A DNA stretch of 61,564 nucleotides, filler included, from Dugesia japonica (Eukaryota): assembly GCA_001938525.1 (NCBI GenBank). It is 6 parts of 6 records of this genome, joined end to end, with 100 filler letters (N's around TTAATTAATTAA, not from the genome) between each part and the next. Parts side by side here need not be neighbours in the genome. Positions count along the whole stretch, not along the records: positions 42,334 to 50,511 come from MQRL01624436.1; positions 50,612 to 61,564 come from MQRL01482783.1; 4 more parts are not named here. One strand, 5' to 3'. This document shows positions 48,464 through 61,564 of the stretch, piece by piece. The stretch's first letter is position 1; every line of letters begins with the position of its first letter. Position numbers and translations under genes: made by a program. The notes beneath the pieces were generated by a model. It was not told the origin of the DNA. It was given only the letters and a program-made list of their open reading frames with translations, and searched no databases.

Positions 48464-51400
48464 GTTATTTGTAATCATTTTCTATAATAAATGCCGTAAT
48501 TTATCTACTTTTTATGAAAAGAAATTTGTGTTAAAACTCTTTAAAATTAACGAATCCACGTAATATAATGACTTATTGAAAAGAAAAGTATTGAATTTTA
48601 ATTGATTAATTTTATTGATTCTCGCTAATCAGCGTTTTGCTAGATGCTTAAATGAACTGTTGACGAAATCATTAATAGGTGTCAATGTTGCAAGTGCATA
48701 CTTTGATTAATTGTGCTGTAGAATTGTATAGATATGATCATTTGAATAAAAACTATACATTTCATTTAAATTAATTAATTTGTTTATTGGTTAATTAATT
48801 CTTTTTACAATTGCAATTATTGCGAGAATTATTGTTCGACATAATCATTGATCTTTTTACAGAATTGACTTTTTATTCCTGGTAAAGACAAGATCGAAAT
48901 ATCGAATTGTTATCAAATATCAATAAAAAAACAAATATTTCGATCGAAGCTTTTATTTTAAATAAATAGTTAATTAATTCACTTATTATTTATTTATTTA
49001 TTTATTATATATTATTAATTTTTTACTTTTTAGTTTGTCGAATAAAAAATGAAATATTAAAAATTACATTTATATATTGTTTTAAATAAAGAATTTAATA
49101 AATATATTAATAAATTAAAACTAAAAGAAAATACCAGAAATTTGAATATTTTCTTTAATTTCATTAATTTTTTTTTCTTAATTTTCATTGAATTTATTAA
49201 AACAAGAACTGTTCAACTTTGCATGTGTTACATGAAATAGTTATAAAAAACATATTTGTTTAAATATCTAATAATAATTTTTAATTAAATAATTTTTAGG
49301 AAGTGATTGTCAAATAATCAATAACTAATAAATATTACTAATAAAAAAGAATAAAACAATAAAATACATTTTCAATTATTTTTTTATTACAGATAAAAAT
49401 ATAGTTTAAAAATTCAAACATATAAAATATATTTTATTTCGATTAAAGTTGTCAAATAAAAAAAGTAAATAATCAAAATAAAAAGTAATGTAAAAAGTAA
49501 TCCCATTAAAATGATTTTAGTATTGAAAAAGAAAATAAATAAAAGAAAATGAAATAATCGAATTTTCAAAATCATGAAATAAAAAACAAATATGTTTTGA
49601 AAATCAATAAATTTTAAAAGAATTAATAAAAAAAAGTTAGAATGAAAATTATTGTAAATATCTCTAAATATCATTATAGATATCATTATAGATATCATTC
49701 CATAATAAATATTTACCATGTTTTTCTTATACAGTTGTTTCCATTAAAACAAAACGACAGAGCTAATGAAATAAATATCAAATTCAGGCGGTGTTCTTTG
49801 AATCTTTTTTTAGTAATTACAAATAATAGTTTCATTATTTTCGTTAGATTAATATCAAAAGTAATTAATTGGTTTTTGCACGATTATCAATATAGTCTAC
49901 GGAACAGTATTGATAGTTTTTATTAATTTTTTTACGTAAATTAAATATGGGTAAAAATTCTCTAATCGCTTTGAAAAAAAGGAATAAAATAATAAAATTC
50001 TAATTTACAATTATTGGATATTAAAACTTTTATTTTTACAAATTAGAAATTAAATAATAAAAAGTTTAAAAGAGAATTACAGACTTTATTTAAAGAAATA
50101 ATTAGCATGTACAATTTCATTAATTAAAACAAATAATCAGAAAATATCGATAAGTTAATTTATAGAAAAGTAAAGTGTCATCTTTCATTAGACTAAAAAA
50201 TGTAAAAAGAAACAAGAAAATGTATTGAATTCTTTTAGATATTTGTTAATATTTAGATTTTAAAGGATTTTGTTGTTAGACTTTCGTTTTATCTTGAAAA
50301 TTCATTTTTTTAAATTGATTTTTTAGAATGCAAAAAAATAAAAAAAAATATCACGGATCAAATTTAAAATTTTAATTAATTAATTAATTTTAATTGAGTT
50401 AATTTAAAATATAAAAATTAATGTAATTAAAAAATTGATTTTTACAAATTTGATATTTTTCTTTTAATATATTTAAGCATATTTTAAATAAAATGTGTGT
50501 GCTTGAATTTTNNNNNNNNNNNNNNNNNNNNNNNNNNNNNNNNNNNNNNNNNNNNTTAATTAATTAANNNNNNNNNNNNNNNNNNNNNNNNNNNNNNNNN
50601 NNNNNNNNNNNAACCCTCTGTCATACTTCTGAGGAAATTTAAGAACAAAGTTTATTAAATATTTATTAATAATATTTATTATTTACAGTAAAATAACAGT
50701 ATTTAATTAATCAGAACTAATACTTTATTTTAACTAAAACACAATTATGATTACAAGTGCAAATAGTTAAAATTTAATAAAAATTAATAATAATTAACTT
50801 TTTAAATATACTAAACTTTACGATTCTAAAATAAAAATTACAAATACCTTTAGAAGAAAATCTAAATAAACTCAATCTTTGATCGTCCAATATTTATAAA
50901 ATAACGTTATCCCAATTGTAATACTTAACAGTTACTCCAATAATAATTACCAATGTTTTCAGTATTTTTAAATCTAGGTTTTCTATTTACCGTTATTTTA
51001 CGCAATATTAAAACACATAAAATAATTAATTATTTTATTCTTAACTTTTCCTCACACTCATATTATTATTGTTGTTAGTATCGTTGTTGCTGTTACTATA
51101 ATTTTTATTATTACGATTGTAATTGTCATGATTACCTTTACAAGTAGTAGTATAATTATCACTGAGTATTATCTATAATTTTATTATTATCATTACCATT
51201 CTTATTATAATTAATATCATCATTGATTATTGTCTTATTTATTCCGATCCTAAATTCGCCAGAATAAGTCAGCTGGTCTACTTACTCATTGTTATTAATC
51301 GAGCAAATAAATTTTTTCTACCCTCATCTGACGATTTATGTATCTACGCAGAATAAGTTTAAATAGATGGCATTCTAGAGGGAACTTATGGTATCCATCT

Positions 51401-52531
51401 TTTGTAAACTGATTAACCACAATTGGTGAGTCATCATTACTCCTTTATAAATTTCCAAGTTAACAACTTCTAATAGTTCTTTCTATTATTTTCGCTGAGA
51501 TTATTTTATTTAGAAGGATAATTGTTTCTAACGTTGTCACTGTTATTATTTTTCTAGTAAATTCTATAGTAAATTAATTTTTATAGTAAATTTTTAATTT
51601 GCGGTGAAAGTTATGACTATAGGGTATTCTAAGTCATCACTTAGCTATGAATATTTAGAAAGTTATGTTATTATGTGGTCCACAGTTAAACTTTTTAAAT
51701 TAAGGTAACCAGGGAAGTCTCTGTTTTACATCATTTTTGTATAGCGACATTTGGCATGTTAGATTTTACAAATTAACAATTAATCACTCTTTCATTTTCT
51801 AGATAATACCAAGCACCCCTTATATCATATTTAAAAAGGGATTCCCGAGAATTGGCACCAATTGTTAAAACACCTGTTAAATTCTAGTGAGGTAGAAAAT
51901 CCAGACAATACCCATCTGGCATATTTCGCGGAGATGTTTCTCTTAGAAACGTTGCCAGACACCAATCGGTCTACATAAACTTTGTTTTGTTATTAATAAA
52001 AAATTTATATTAATTCATTTGATATTATTTACTTTATTCTTATCTCTTGTAACATGACAAAGCCACATCGAGTTTGAATGCTTTTCCCATTAAGAAATGG
52101 CACGGTAGTTTTTTAACGTAGGAATCCCGTTCCGCTGGGTTGTATGCATTCTGGTGGACCGTCAAAATATTCCACCACAGGACCAAATCCAGCCAAGGGG
52201 TGATAACAGCCTAGAAAGGTACTTTCACTGTAACCGACCACTTCAAACAATCACGCATATAATTTCACCAGCATCCCCCAACTCCGTTCTTAACGGAGGT
52301 ATTTGAAAACCAACCACTGTAAGAGCGGTTTATCAAATGACACTGCAACTCTTTATGTTTTATGTACCTGTGTTTGTGTGTCAAATATTATCGTTCATAA
52401 TTTTTTCATGCAATATTTTCATTATTTTATTGCTTAATGGCTAATTCTACTTTTAAGTGAACCGACCAAGAGTTGAATAATCCATGACTAATAGAGGACG
52501 CCAGGCTGATAGTGAAGACTAAGAGATGACT

Positions 52532-53302
52532 TGTAACATATATTGCCTCGAAAAACGCAACTTGAAAGCCCAAATCACAGCCGAGAAAACGAAAAACAGA
52601 CTATACGAAAAGAGGTGTCGAGAGTTCCGCAAGGAGGCCACCCAGTAACATAGCCATAGTAGACAAAGCTACTCAGTCAAAATATTGACTTTACATAGTC
52701 ATTTTTAAATAAATTCCTTTGCAATTCTATTATTGATGACATTTTAATTTTTATGATGCTTATAATAAAACCAGCAATTAATCTTAGTATATTTGGTACT
52801 TACCTCTCAATTACCACGATCAATCCATAAATTACATCGTCTCTTGAGAGATTACTAATGGAGCGCTACTATTACCAGCGTGGGGAAAAGATGCTGCTAT
52901 CACACATAGAAAAGAAAAATAAGTTTATTCGTCAGCTCGATACCGTTTGTTAAAAACAATTGATCATCGCCAATGCGACAGTGAATCGTCTCTTTCGTAA
53001 AGTGGCCTTCCTTACACAATATATCTCTGACCTGGCAGTGCGCCACAGCACGCAGGCTATAAACCAATAGAATGATTCCGACGACGAAGCAGCATTTAAC
53101 TTCTACGAAGAATAAATAAATAGTTGATAGTTCTCATGTAAATAAATCTTAGTATCGAAGCCTTGTCGTGTTATTTTCTTAAAGTTAGGGATATATTGAA
53201 CCCGAACTAAAGGGATACGAGTATGCACTCAAGCTGCGAGTCACCGACCCTACCCTGAATATCTAGTACAGGACGCTAGATTAAACAGATTATTATATTA
53301 CA
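52532..53302. mobile_element. Possible solo LTR
   Basis: GC-elevated block bounded by TGTAA..TTACA with internal AATAAA; no TSD match. Confidence 0.25.
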
Positions 53303-53910
53303 AGCATAATATGTTNNNNNNNNNNNNNNNNNNNNNNNNNNNNNNNNNNNNNNNNNNNNNNNNNNNNNNNNNNNAATCTTAAATTATCCTAAAAGAAAAT
53401 TAAACTAGAATGTGGTAAGTATATTACGAAAATTTTTAAAAAAAGTAATTACTTTCAAGATTTCTCGTGGGCATATAAATCATATTATATTCTTAAAATT
53501 TTTCCTTGTTTTATTTTTTGGTTCATTTATTTGGATAAGTTCTCATTTAGACAATCTATATACAAATGATATTATATTTTATAAATTCCAAATCGTTTAC
53601 CAAGTTTATATATAAATCATTATTAATGATTCATACCAAATTAAATTTCTCATTAACATTGGTTTCAAAATATACATAAGTATTATATTTAAAATGTTCA
53701 TTTGAAAACATTTAACAATCTTTTAAAATTCAATCAAGACCTAAATGTATTTACTAAAACTAATATTGCGTTGTTTCACTTTTACACTTTAAACCACGTT
53801 AATACAATCAAATAAAAATAAATTATACACAAACAAAATTACATTAACAAATATATTAATGAAAAAATCAATTTAACAGTCATTATGAAAATAACTACTG
53901 ATGCTTTTAA

Positions 53911-54329
<419 letters not shown>

Positions 54330-55724
54330 AATTCCTAAGTCTTTATAAAATTCAACCGACTAAATTCAAAATTTAAAACTAAATTGAATAAACTTAAACA
54401 ACTATAAAACATTATTATTATTATTTATAAATTCTTAAAATTTATATTCCATAGAATTTACGAACAAATCGATTCTTTAGAATATTGAAAGCGTTTTTTT
54501 ACTTCAAATATGAATTATAAGCCTTTCGAGATTACTTTGTTCTTGATGAAGACTGTGTTGAGATACTGAATAATTTCAATTATACCGAAAATAGCAATTT
54601 TGATCAGCTCATTTTGAAAATTTTATTTGTTATTCTTTTTTGGTTAAAATTATTTTCTCAATTTAATTAATTTTGACATAAAATTTATTTGGAAAATTTT
54701 CTTGTTTTTATAATTAAATGAATTGCTTTATCATTTATTATTATTTAACATTCATACATATTTAAATATAACTCACATTTTCGTGAAAAACATTAAATCT
54801 AAATTGTTATCGAATAATTTTATTTGTTTATTACTGCTTATTAGTTTTATTAGTTTTGTGTTAGTGGACTCGCTGAGAAACTCAAAATTGATTAGAATTT
54901 AATTAACTAGCCCAGTAGTCAATAGCTGAAAAAGTGTTAGTGAAATTCATACCTATAGAAGTGAATGTACATCTTTTTTGATTCTGGTTCAATCAGAACT
55001 CGTGTATCTTAATTTTAATTTAATGCACTCCGTACTTAGAACCTACATAGCACAACTAAGACCTAAAGTCTACATCTTAGTATATATATATAATTTATAA
55101 ATCACAGAAATTAAAATTGAGCCTCGATCAAATAATTTTTTGGGGGTGAAATACTAAAATAAATTGAAGGCTAAAAAATAATCAGAAATTCGCAAACGTT
55201 CACTTAGTAAAAGTTGCACCGAAGTACTAAATAAGAGAATTCGTTTCAAAATAAATAATCTTTAAGAACAAACCTTAAATAAATTAAGAAAATACAGGAA
55301 GTAAGTTTATTAAATTAAAATAAAATATTTAAGAAAGGGTGAAACGCCAACTAAGTTACAATTTATGAAAAATAAAATACAACAAAGAATATTTATTAAA
55401 ATCAAATTATAAAATTAATTGAGCTTTATTTATTTAAAAAGCAATATCTCTGATACAAAATGCCATAATATCGTGCAGAAAGAAAAATCAGATAATTGAA
55501 ACTAAGAGGCAAAAAGTTTCCACGAAAATAAAATCCAAAAACCTTAGCTTCAAAGGCAAAAATGAGTTAAAGATGCACCAATGAGAAAACCTACAAACAT
55601 CTTGTCATATTGAATAAATCAATTAAAAAAGGTTATATGACCCTTTCGTCAATAAAAACAATTAAATAAGTAAAATTTAATTTATATCTAATATCTTATA
55701 ATATTGAAATTAATTTTTGAACAG

Positions 55725-55905
55725 TATGGAGCTCATTACTCGCTTTAGGTTAGACATTTTTTGAACAGCTCATTTCCAGGAAGGTGAATTGGATGACGTG
55801 GACCATTCAGTTGGGCTACGAGATCACTAGACCTTTCGCCAATGGATTTCTATCTTTGGGATACCTGAAGACAAAGGTTTATACGCGAAAACCAAAGACT
55901 TATAA
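55725..55905 (+). mobile_element. Tc1/mariner transposase C-terminal relic
   Basis: GPFSWATRSLDLSPMDFYLWGYLKTKVY. Confidence 0.75.
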
Positions 55906-56319
55906 AAACCTCAGTAATTTGATGATAAATTAATCTTAAAACCCGTACATTAGACTTAGATTTTCAGACTTAAAAGCTCTAAAGATTTAACCTCAAGCAT
56001 TCTAAATCTTGTGTGGTCAAACTAATTATAATTAAAACCAAAATCCACTAAATAATCGCTTGGACAGATATTCTATCTGGCCCTAAAATATTGAAAACCA
56101 TTTATCTACACCTGCTCAAGAGACATCTAAAAATTTGTCACCGTAGTGAGAATTTCATTTATTTACAAGTTCTGATCACATGCTACGAGTATGGTTTGGA
56201 ATTGTCTCATTTATTATGATTAAAATGCATTATATTCTGAAGTAATAATAATATATTTTATTTTACCTAATTATGTATAATATCGTTCAATTTTTAAATC
56301 TTATTATCATGTATTTTTA

Positions 56320-56695
56320 CAAATGCAATTATTGCGAGAATAATTGTTGGATGTAACCATTGATCATTTTTCAGAATTAATTTAAAATAAAAACTTCGAT
56401 CAAAATTTTTGTTTTTTGTGGTTTTTGATAACAATTCGATATTTTGACAGAAGTCAATAACTCAAAAAGACAAATTCAAAATATCGAATTGTTATCAAAA
56501 ACCAAAAAAAAAATGTTGATAGTAGCTTTTATTTTAAATGAATCACTTATTTTATTCGAGGAGTTTTATTCAATTAATTTTAAATTATTCGTGTGATCCA
56601 GTTTAGATCATTTTGACACTTTTTAGTATACATTTAAAATTTGTTTTTTTTTGGTTTTTGATAACAATACTATATTTTGACTTTGTCTTTTTAAT
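56320..56695. repeat. Fold-back/MITE-like dispersed repeat with a perfect 28-bp inverted core; related copies near 4110-4420, 5525-5640 and 48810-48970
   Basis: GGTTTTTGATAACAATTCGATATTTTGA (56420-56447) pairs with TCAAAATATCGAATTGTTATCAAAAACC (56476-56503). Shared AATTATTGCGAGAA and CGAAGCTTTTATT motifs occur elsewhere. Confidence 0.7.
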
Positions 56696-58559
56696 GAAAA
56701 TATTTTGCTCATATTTTTTTAAAAGTTTCATGAAATCTCATTTAAGTAATGATAAATCTAATTAATAAAAAATTTCAACTTAATTTTATAAAAGTAAGCT
56801 TAATTTCATTTGATTAGTACAAATCTTCAAATCAATTTCGTTTTACCAACGCTTATCGCAACTATGAGAGAAAAGTATCAATAACCTTAATTGGCATCTA
56901 CAATATTAATTTGCATAACAATCCCGTTACTCAACGAACATCACTAATCAATTATAGAGCAGATCCAATTCCAAAAATCTCATGATTTATCCATATCAAG
57001 ATTTTAATAAGCACAGTGAAGTGGTCAATAAGTAATTGAAATGTTGCGTAATGTTCAAAACTACGGGTATAGTTTTATTAAACACAACATACTCACAATA
57101 TTATTTCCTTTGGTGCAAAGGTTTATTTGACTTGTCATCCGTCAATGTGTAAATTCTGAAGTGTAAATGGAAGTTAAATAATGAAATTACTATTTGTATG
57201 GATTTTGATTGGTCATTGAAATTAAGTTTATGCACATGACAGAATTTATTGGATTTATTTATAATAAATATTACATCTTTGTAACGAAATGTAACATTTT
57301 CTTTGGAAAATATATTACATATTGGTAAAATATTTGATTATAATATTCTTAAAGAGTGTTAGGAGTTTTCAAAGAAGCATATTCAATGAGATGTTATTAA
57401 GTTAATTGTATATTTTGGATTTCATATTAGGTGATGAATTCATAAATTTATTTACAAGGGACTCCCATATAACCAACAAAAAGCAGTGATGAGGTCAACT
57501 GATTACTACTTAGTAATGTATATCCCTCAATTACTAATAAAACATAATTTTATTAAATTTCCTCAATTGACAATTTGTTGATGAAATTGAATTAAAGTTA
57601 TGTGATATCAACTGGAGATCGTAGTTTATGAGTTATGGCAGTAACTGAAATTTTTTAAATTTTGTCTGCTGTTTTAGTAGTTAGATTTCGGGATTCCATA
57701 AGTCGGGTACAAACGAAATAAAAGAACTATGGGGTGATTCCTCCTATTTATGAGCAAATTCATACCGAGGGTTTTTCTCACTAGTGGTACCCGATATTAT
57801 ATTTGAAAACCCAGAAAATATGAATTTCTAAACGCGCGTTATTGTCAATTAATACTCTATATTTATATTTGCTCGTCATATCTATACATTTAGGTATGGA
57901 TCACGATGCTTGAACTAAGTTTACTTCGTTATTTGTTGAAGCAATATTGCAGTTTATGTGTATTAGCAAGAAAAACGCTATCTTCATCCAACATTTATTT
58001 ATGACAAAGTTTCTATAAATTGAAAAAGCTGACTTGGAATAGTTTTAATATTTAAACAAATATACGTAATAATTACTTCAATAATTTTCTTGAAATATTT
58101 TAAATTTCAAAAACTTGTTAAATATTTTAATTGTGCAAATAAATTTGAAATCAAACAATTCAAATATTATTCTCATGTTGGGTATTTCTACTCAACAAAG
58201 AATTTTATGGTTCTGATTTTAATACTATAATATGAAAACAAGATGTTGATTTTATGGAGGATAAATTTACCCTTGTGTATATGTCACTACAATTATTATA
58301 TAATAATATATTTAAGCAAAATATAGATAAATGATATATGTAGTCTCCCTTATTTAAATAAAAACACAAAACGTACTTTTATAAATAATATTTTTGGTAT
58401 AAATACACTATGCTAATTCTTATAACGCTCAGTTTAATTTTAAAGGAAAAAAGCCAATCAAAGAGATAGGTTCTCTCGATATATTTCGTTTTTGGAAAGT
58501 TTCTGGCTATGGTCCTGCTTTATCAATATATATTCTCTCAAACGGCCTAGCTAACTCGG

Positions 58560-61500
58560 ATTATATAGTTTCTTCTTTAGTCTTAATTGTTACCACCTTC
58601 AAACGCCGATTTCCTTTACACTGCCCCACAACCTAGTCATGTCATAATGTTCTCTGATATATTTGGAAACTTTTTCTGTTCTTGCACGTGCTAGCAACTG
58701 ATGCATTTCTCTGATCATATCGGATTTTCTATCTGTTGGTATCCAAATCTTTCCGTTTTGTGTTAATATCTGACCATCTTTCCATTGTAATCTCTCTTCT
58801 TTACCAAATTTAATCTGTTCTCGTATAATTCGTATCTCTTCATTATCTCTTTGCCATTTTGATGTTTACGCTATTTTATTAAATCGTTTCGTTTTTAATT
58901 TGCCCCCTATAGGATCTTGGTGTCACATTGTGCATTGTAAACATGTGCCACATGCCTGCCTTGAGAGAAAATTCACATTGGCATGTTTATCGCCTTTCCG
59001 ATACTGTATATCAATGTCTAATACACTTAGGTAATTGATACAATTTTGAAACTGCGCCGTTATAGGTTTCTTCGTAGTTAACATAAATGTAATCGCTTTA
59101 TGGTCTGTTCATAGAATTAATCTTCGCCCATATAAGTAGTGACTGAAATGGTTGCAGAAATATAATATCGCCAACACATCCTTTCTTATTATACAATACC
59201 ATTATTCGTGGTTATTCATTGCGTGTAATCCACATGCTATTACCTTTTCTTGTCCATTGTTATCAATTTGTGATAATAACACACTAATAGTACTGTAGAT
59301 TGCATCTGCATCCTATATGAATTGTCTTCTGACATCCGGGAACACTAAAATTGGTGACTTCATTAACGCTTCTTTCATATTTCTGAATGATTGTTCGCTG
59401 CTCTCTGTCCATATTAACTTCTTATTATTTATACTGAACAGTTTTTCCAGTTCTCTAGTTTTCTTTGCGTAATCCTTTATAAATCTTCTATAATAGCAAC
59501 ATATCCCTAAGAAACTTCTCAATCTTTTCATGCATTTTGGCCTTTCGTATGTCTGTATTGCAACAAAGTTTGCTGGATCGGTCTGAACTCCTTTATCACT
59601 TATGATGTGTCGCAAAAATTTGATCTCTTTTCTTAGTAATTGATATTTTGACGGACTCAAACGTAGTCCTGCTTGATGCATTTTACTAAATACCTCATCC
59701 AGTGTTTTGTAATGCTCTTCCAAGTTTTCTGAATATATAAGAATATCGTCTAAATACACTGTTGATCCCTTTGTTGCACCTAAAACCATTGTCATGAGTT
59801 CCTGGAATGTCTCATGCGCTGCAGCTATGCCAAACGACATTCTATTGAAGCATTATTGACCTGACTTTGTTGAAATGGCTGTTTTATCTTTGGACTCTTC
59901 TTCTAGCTCAATTCTAGAAAGTATGACTTAAATATAATGAACTGAAGAATTTTGACCCGCCTAATCTATCCATAATCTCTTCTACATTTGGCATTGGAAA
60001 TGCTTGTCTTTCCGTTAAAGCGTTCAACTATCAAAAATCAAGACAGAAACGAATGTCTTTCTTTTCTTTTTACCAGATACATATCAATGGGGTGTTTTAT
60101 GTTGAATTGCACCTTCGTATAATTCCATTTTCAAATAGATTACNNNNNNNNNNNNNNNNNTTATCCTTTAGGTTCATAGTTGTTCTCCATTGCTTAACAT
60201 TTATAGGTACTCCTTTTGTTACTATTTTATGCTTCACCAGTTTTGTGCATCCTATATCCCATTTATCTGCTTTCAAGATATTTGAATGTTTTCTTATTAC
60301 TCAAGGCTTTTTGACATCTTTCATCATCGGTAATATTCCTACCAAAATGCGGCTGGATATTTCAAATCAGATCTTGATTATCTTTTTCTGCTCCATCTAT
60401 CCAATGTACTTCTAATCCAAAACTGGTCTGCAACTCAATGCCACCAATTATGCTAGGGATTACCTTTTTCACAACGAAAAAATTAATCCATCTAGTCATA
60501 TTGTCGATTTTCACTTCCATCTCAAATCTCCCTTTGGTACTTAATGAACTTTCGTTAGCGCACCGTAGTAGGTTCTTGGTTGTTAATAACGGGATATCAT
60601 TGAATTTGTTAAACACATCCATACCCATCACATAAATTCTTGCTCCGGTATCTAGTAGGCATTCAAACTCCATGTTTTGAATCTTTAACTTAATACTTGG
60701 TTTACTTGGTCTACCCTGCATTATAACATATCTAATCACACCTTTTCCCCATTCTTCCGCTGTTGCGATTGTTGGTTCCACTGATATTTCTTCTTTGATT
60801 ACTGATATCTTTTTCTTTAAAAAATTATAAACGCGTACCTTGACATCATCCTCTATATTATTGACATGACTACCTTTACTATAACTATCGATATTTTGGG
60901 GATCACCCATTAGATTTGGAGTTCTAGAGCTCCTATCGTCTCCCCTGTTGGTGCAGCCTCTCCGTTTGGGTTTCTCCTTGATTCATATACGTTTGCGTCA
61001 TATCTGTTGTCACCATATCTAACGTCTTCATTTCAGTCGTCCTCATATTCCTTGCTACTTGTTTCATTATTTTCCACTGCATTGATGTTAATATGCCTAC
61101 CCGAAAATGGGGGCATTTTTACCTCATATTTCTTATATTCAGAAGGATACTCGTTCCATCTCTTGTACTTCATCTTTGTTGATCAATCTTTGGTTTTATG
61201 ACCGTTCTTCTTACAATTTCCGCACTTTATCTTGTTGCACTGTCTTCTTATATGCCCTACATTTCCACATGCATAGCATGTAGGAGGCTTTCTGTCTCGG
61301 CACTCCCGACTTATGTGTCCCAAATTTGTGACAATTTCAACATTCTACTTTCTCTGTTCTTAACTCTCTTCTGATATTTAGCCCTTTGTAGATTGGTTCC
61401 TGCATCTTTGGTACCGTTCTTTTTGGTTTCGCGTATAATGCCACCTTGTAGCTACGCATCATGGTTATTCCTTCTGTCTTTTTCGCGATTCATGAAAAGT

Positions 61501-61564
61501 CTCTGATTATCTCTTTTATTTCTTCCGGTTCGGAAACTTTTTTCATCAGAATCTCTTTTTTGTG
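58560..61564 (-). mobile_element. Ty3/Gypsy retrotransposon, degraded gag-pol (zinc knuckles, PR, RT, RNase H, partial integrase)
   Basis: CYACGNVGHIRRQC knuckles (~61200-61340), LLDTGA, RMSFG..YLDD, FLGICCYYRRFI, HYLYG..TDHKA. Confidence 0.92.

Overview
The window is very AT-rich eukaryotic (probably animal) DNA made of six unrelated contigs joined by artificial 100-nt linkers (44N-TTAATTAATTAA-44N), so adjacency across linkers means nothing. Host genes are sparse: an intact RBX1, the 3' end of a protein kinase and an RPL12 pseudogene, with host introns of only 41-43 nt. The rest is mostly decayed mobile DNA: Penelope-like, Tc1/mariner, hAT MITE and Ty3/Gypsy relics. Three virus-like elements stand out. 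(1) An endogenous ssDNA-virus-like cassette (38869-41151) has a CRESS-type HUH/SF3 Rep that only assembles after removing host-sized introns, a spliced overprinted ORF, and a second, parvovirus NS1-like SF3 helicase directly downstream. (2) A Ty3/Gypsy element has a chuvirus/gB-like class III fusion glycoprotein upstream of, and probably once fused to, protease-RT-RNaseH-integrase. (3) A ~14.6-kb Polinton/Maverick (adintovirus-like) element has the full morphogenetic module, a pPolB module bracketed by a ~440-bp inverted duplication, and a 28-bp terminal hairpin. All family assignments come from motif recognition by eye; no searches were run.
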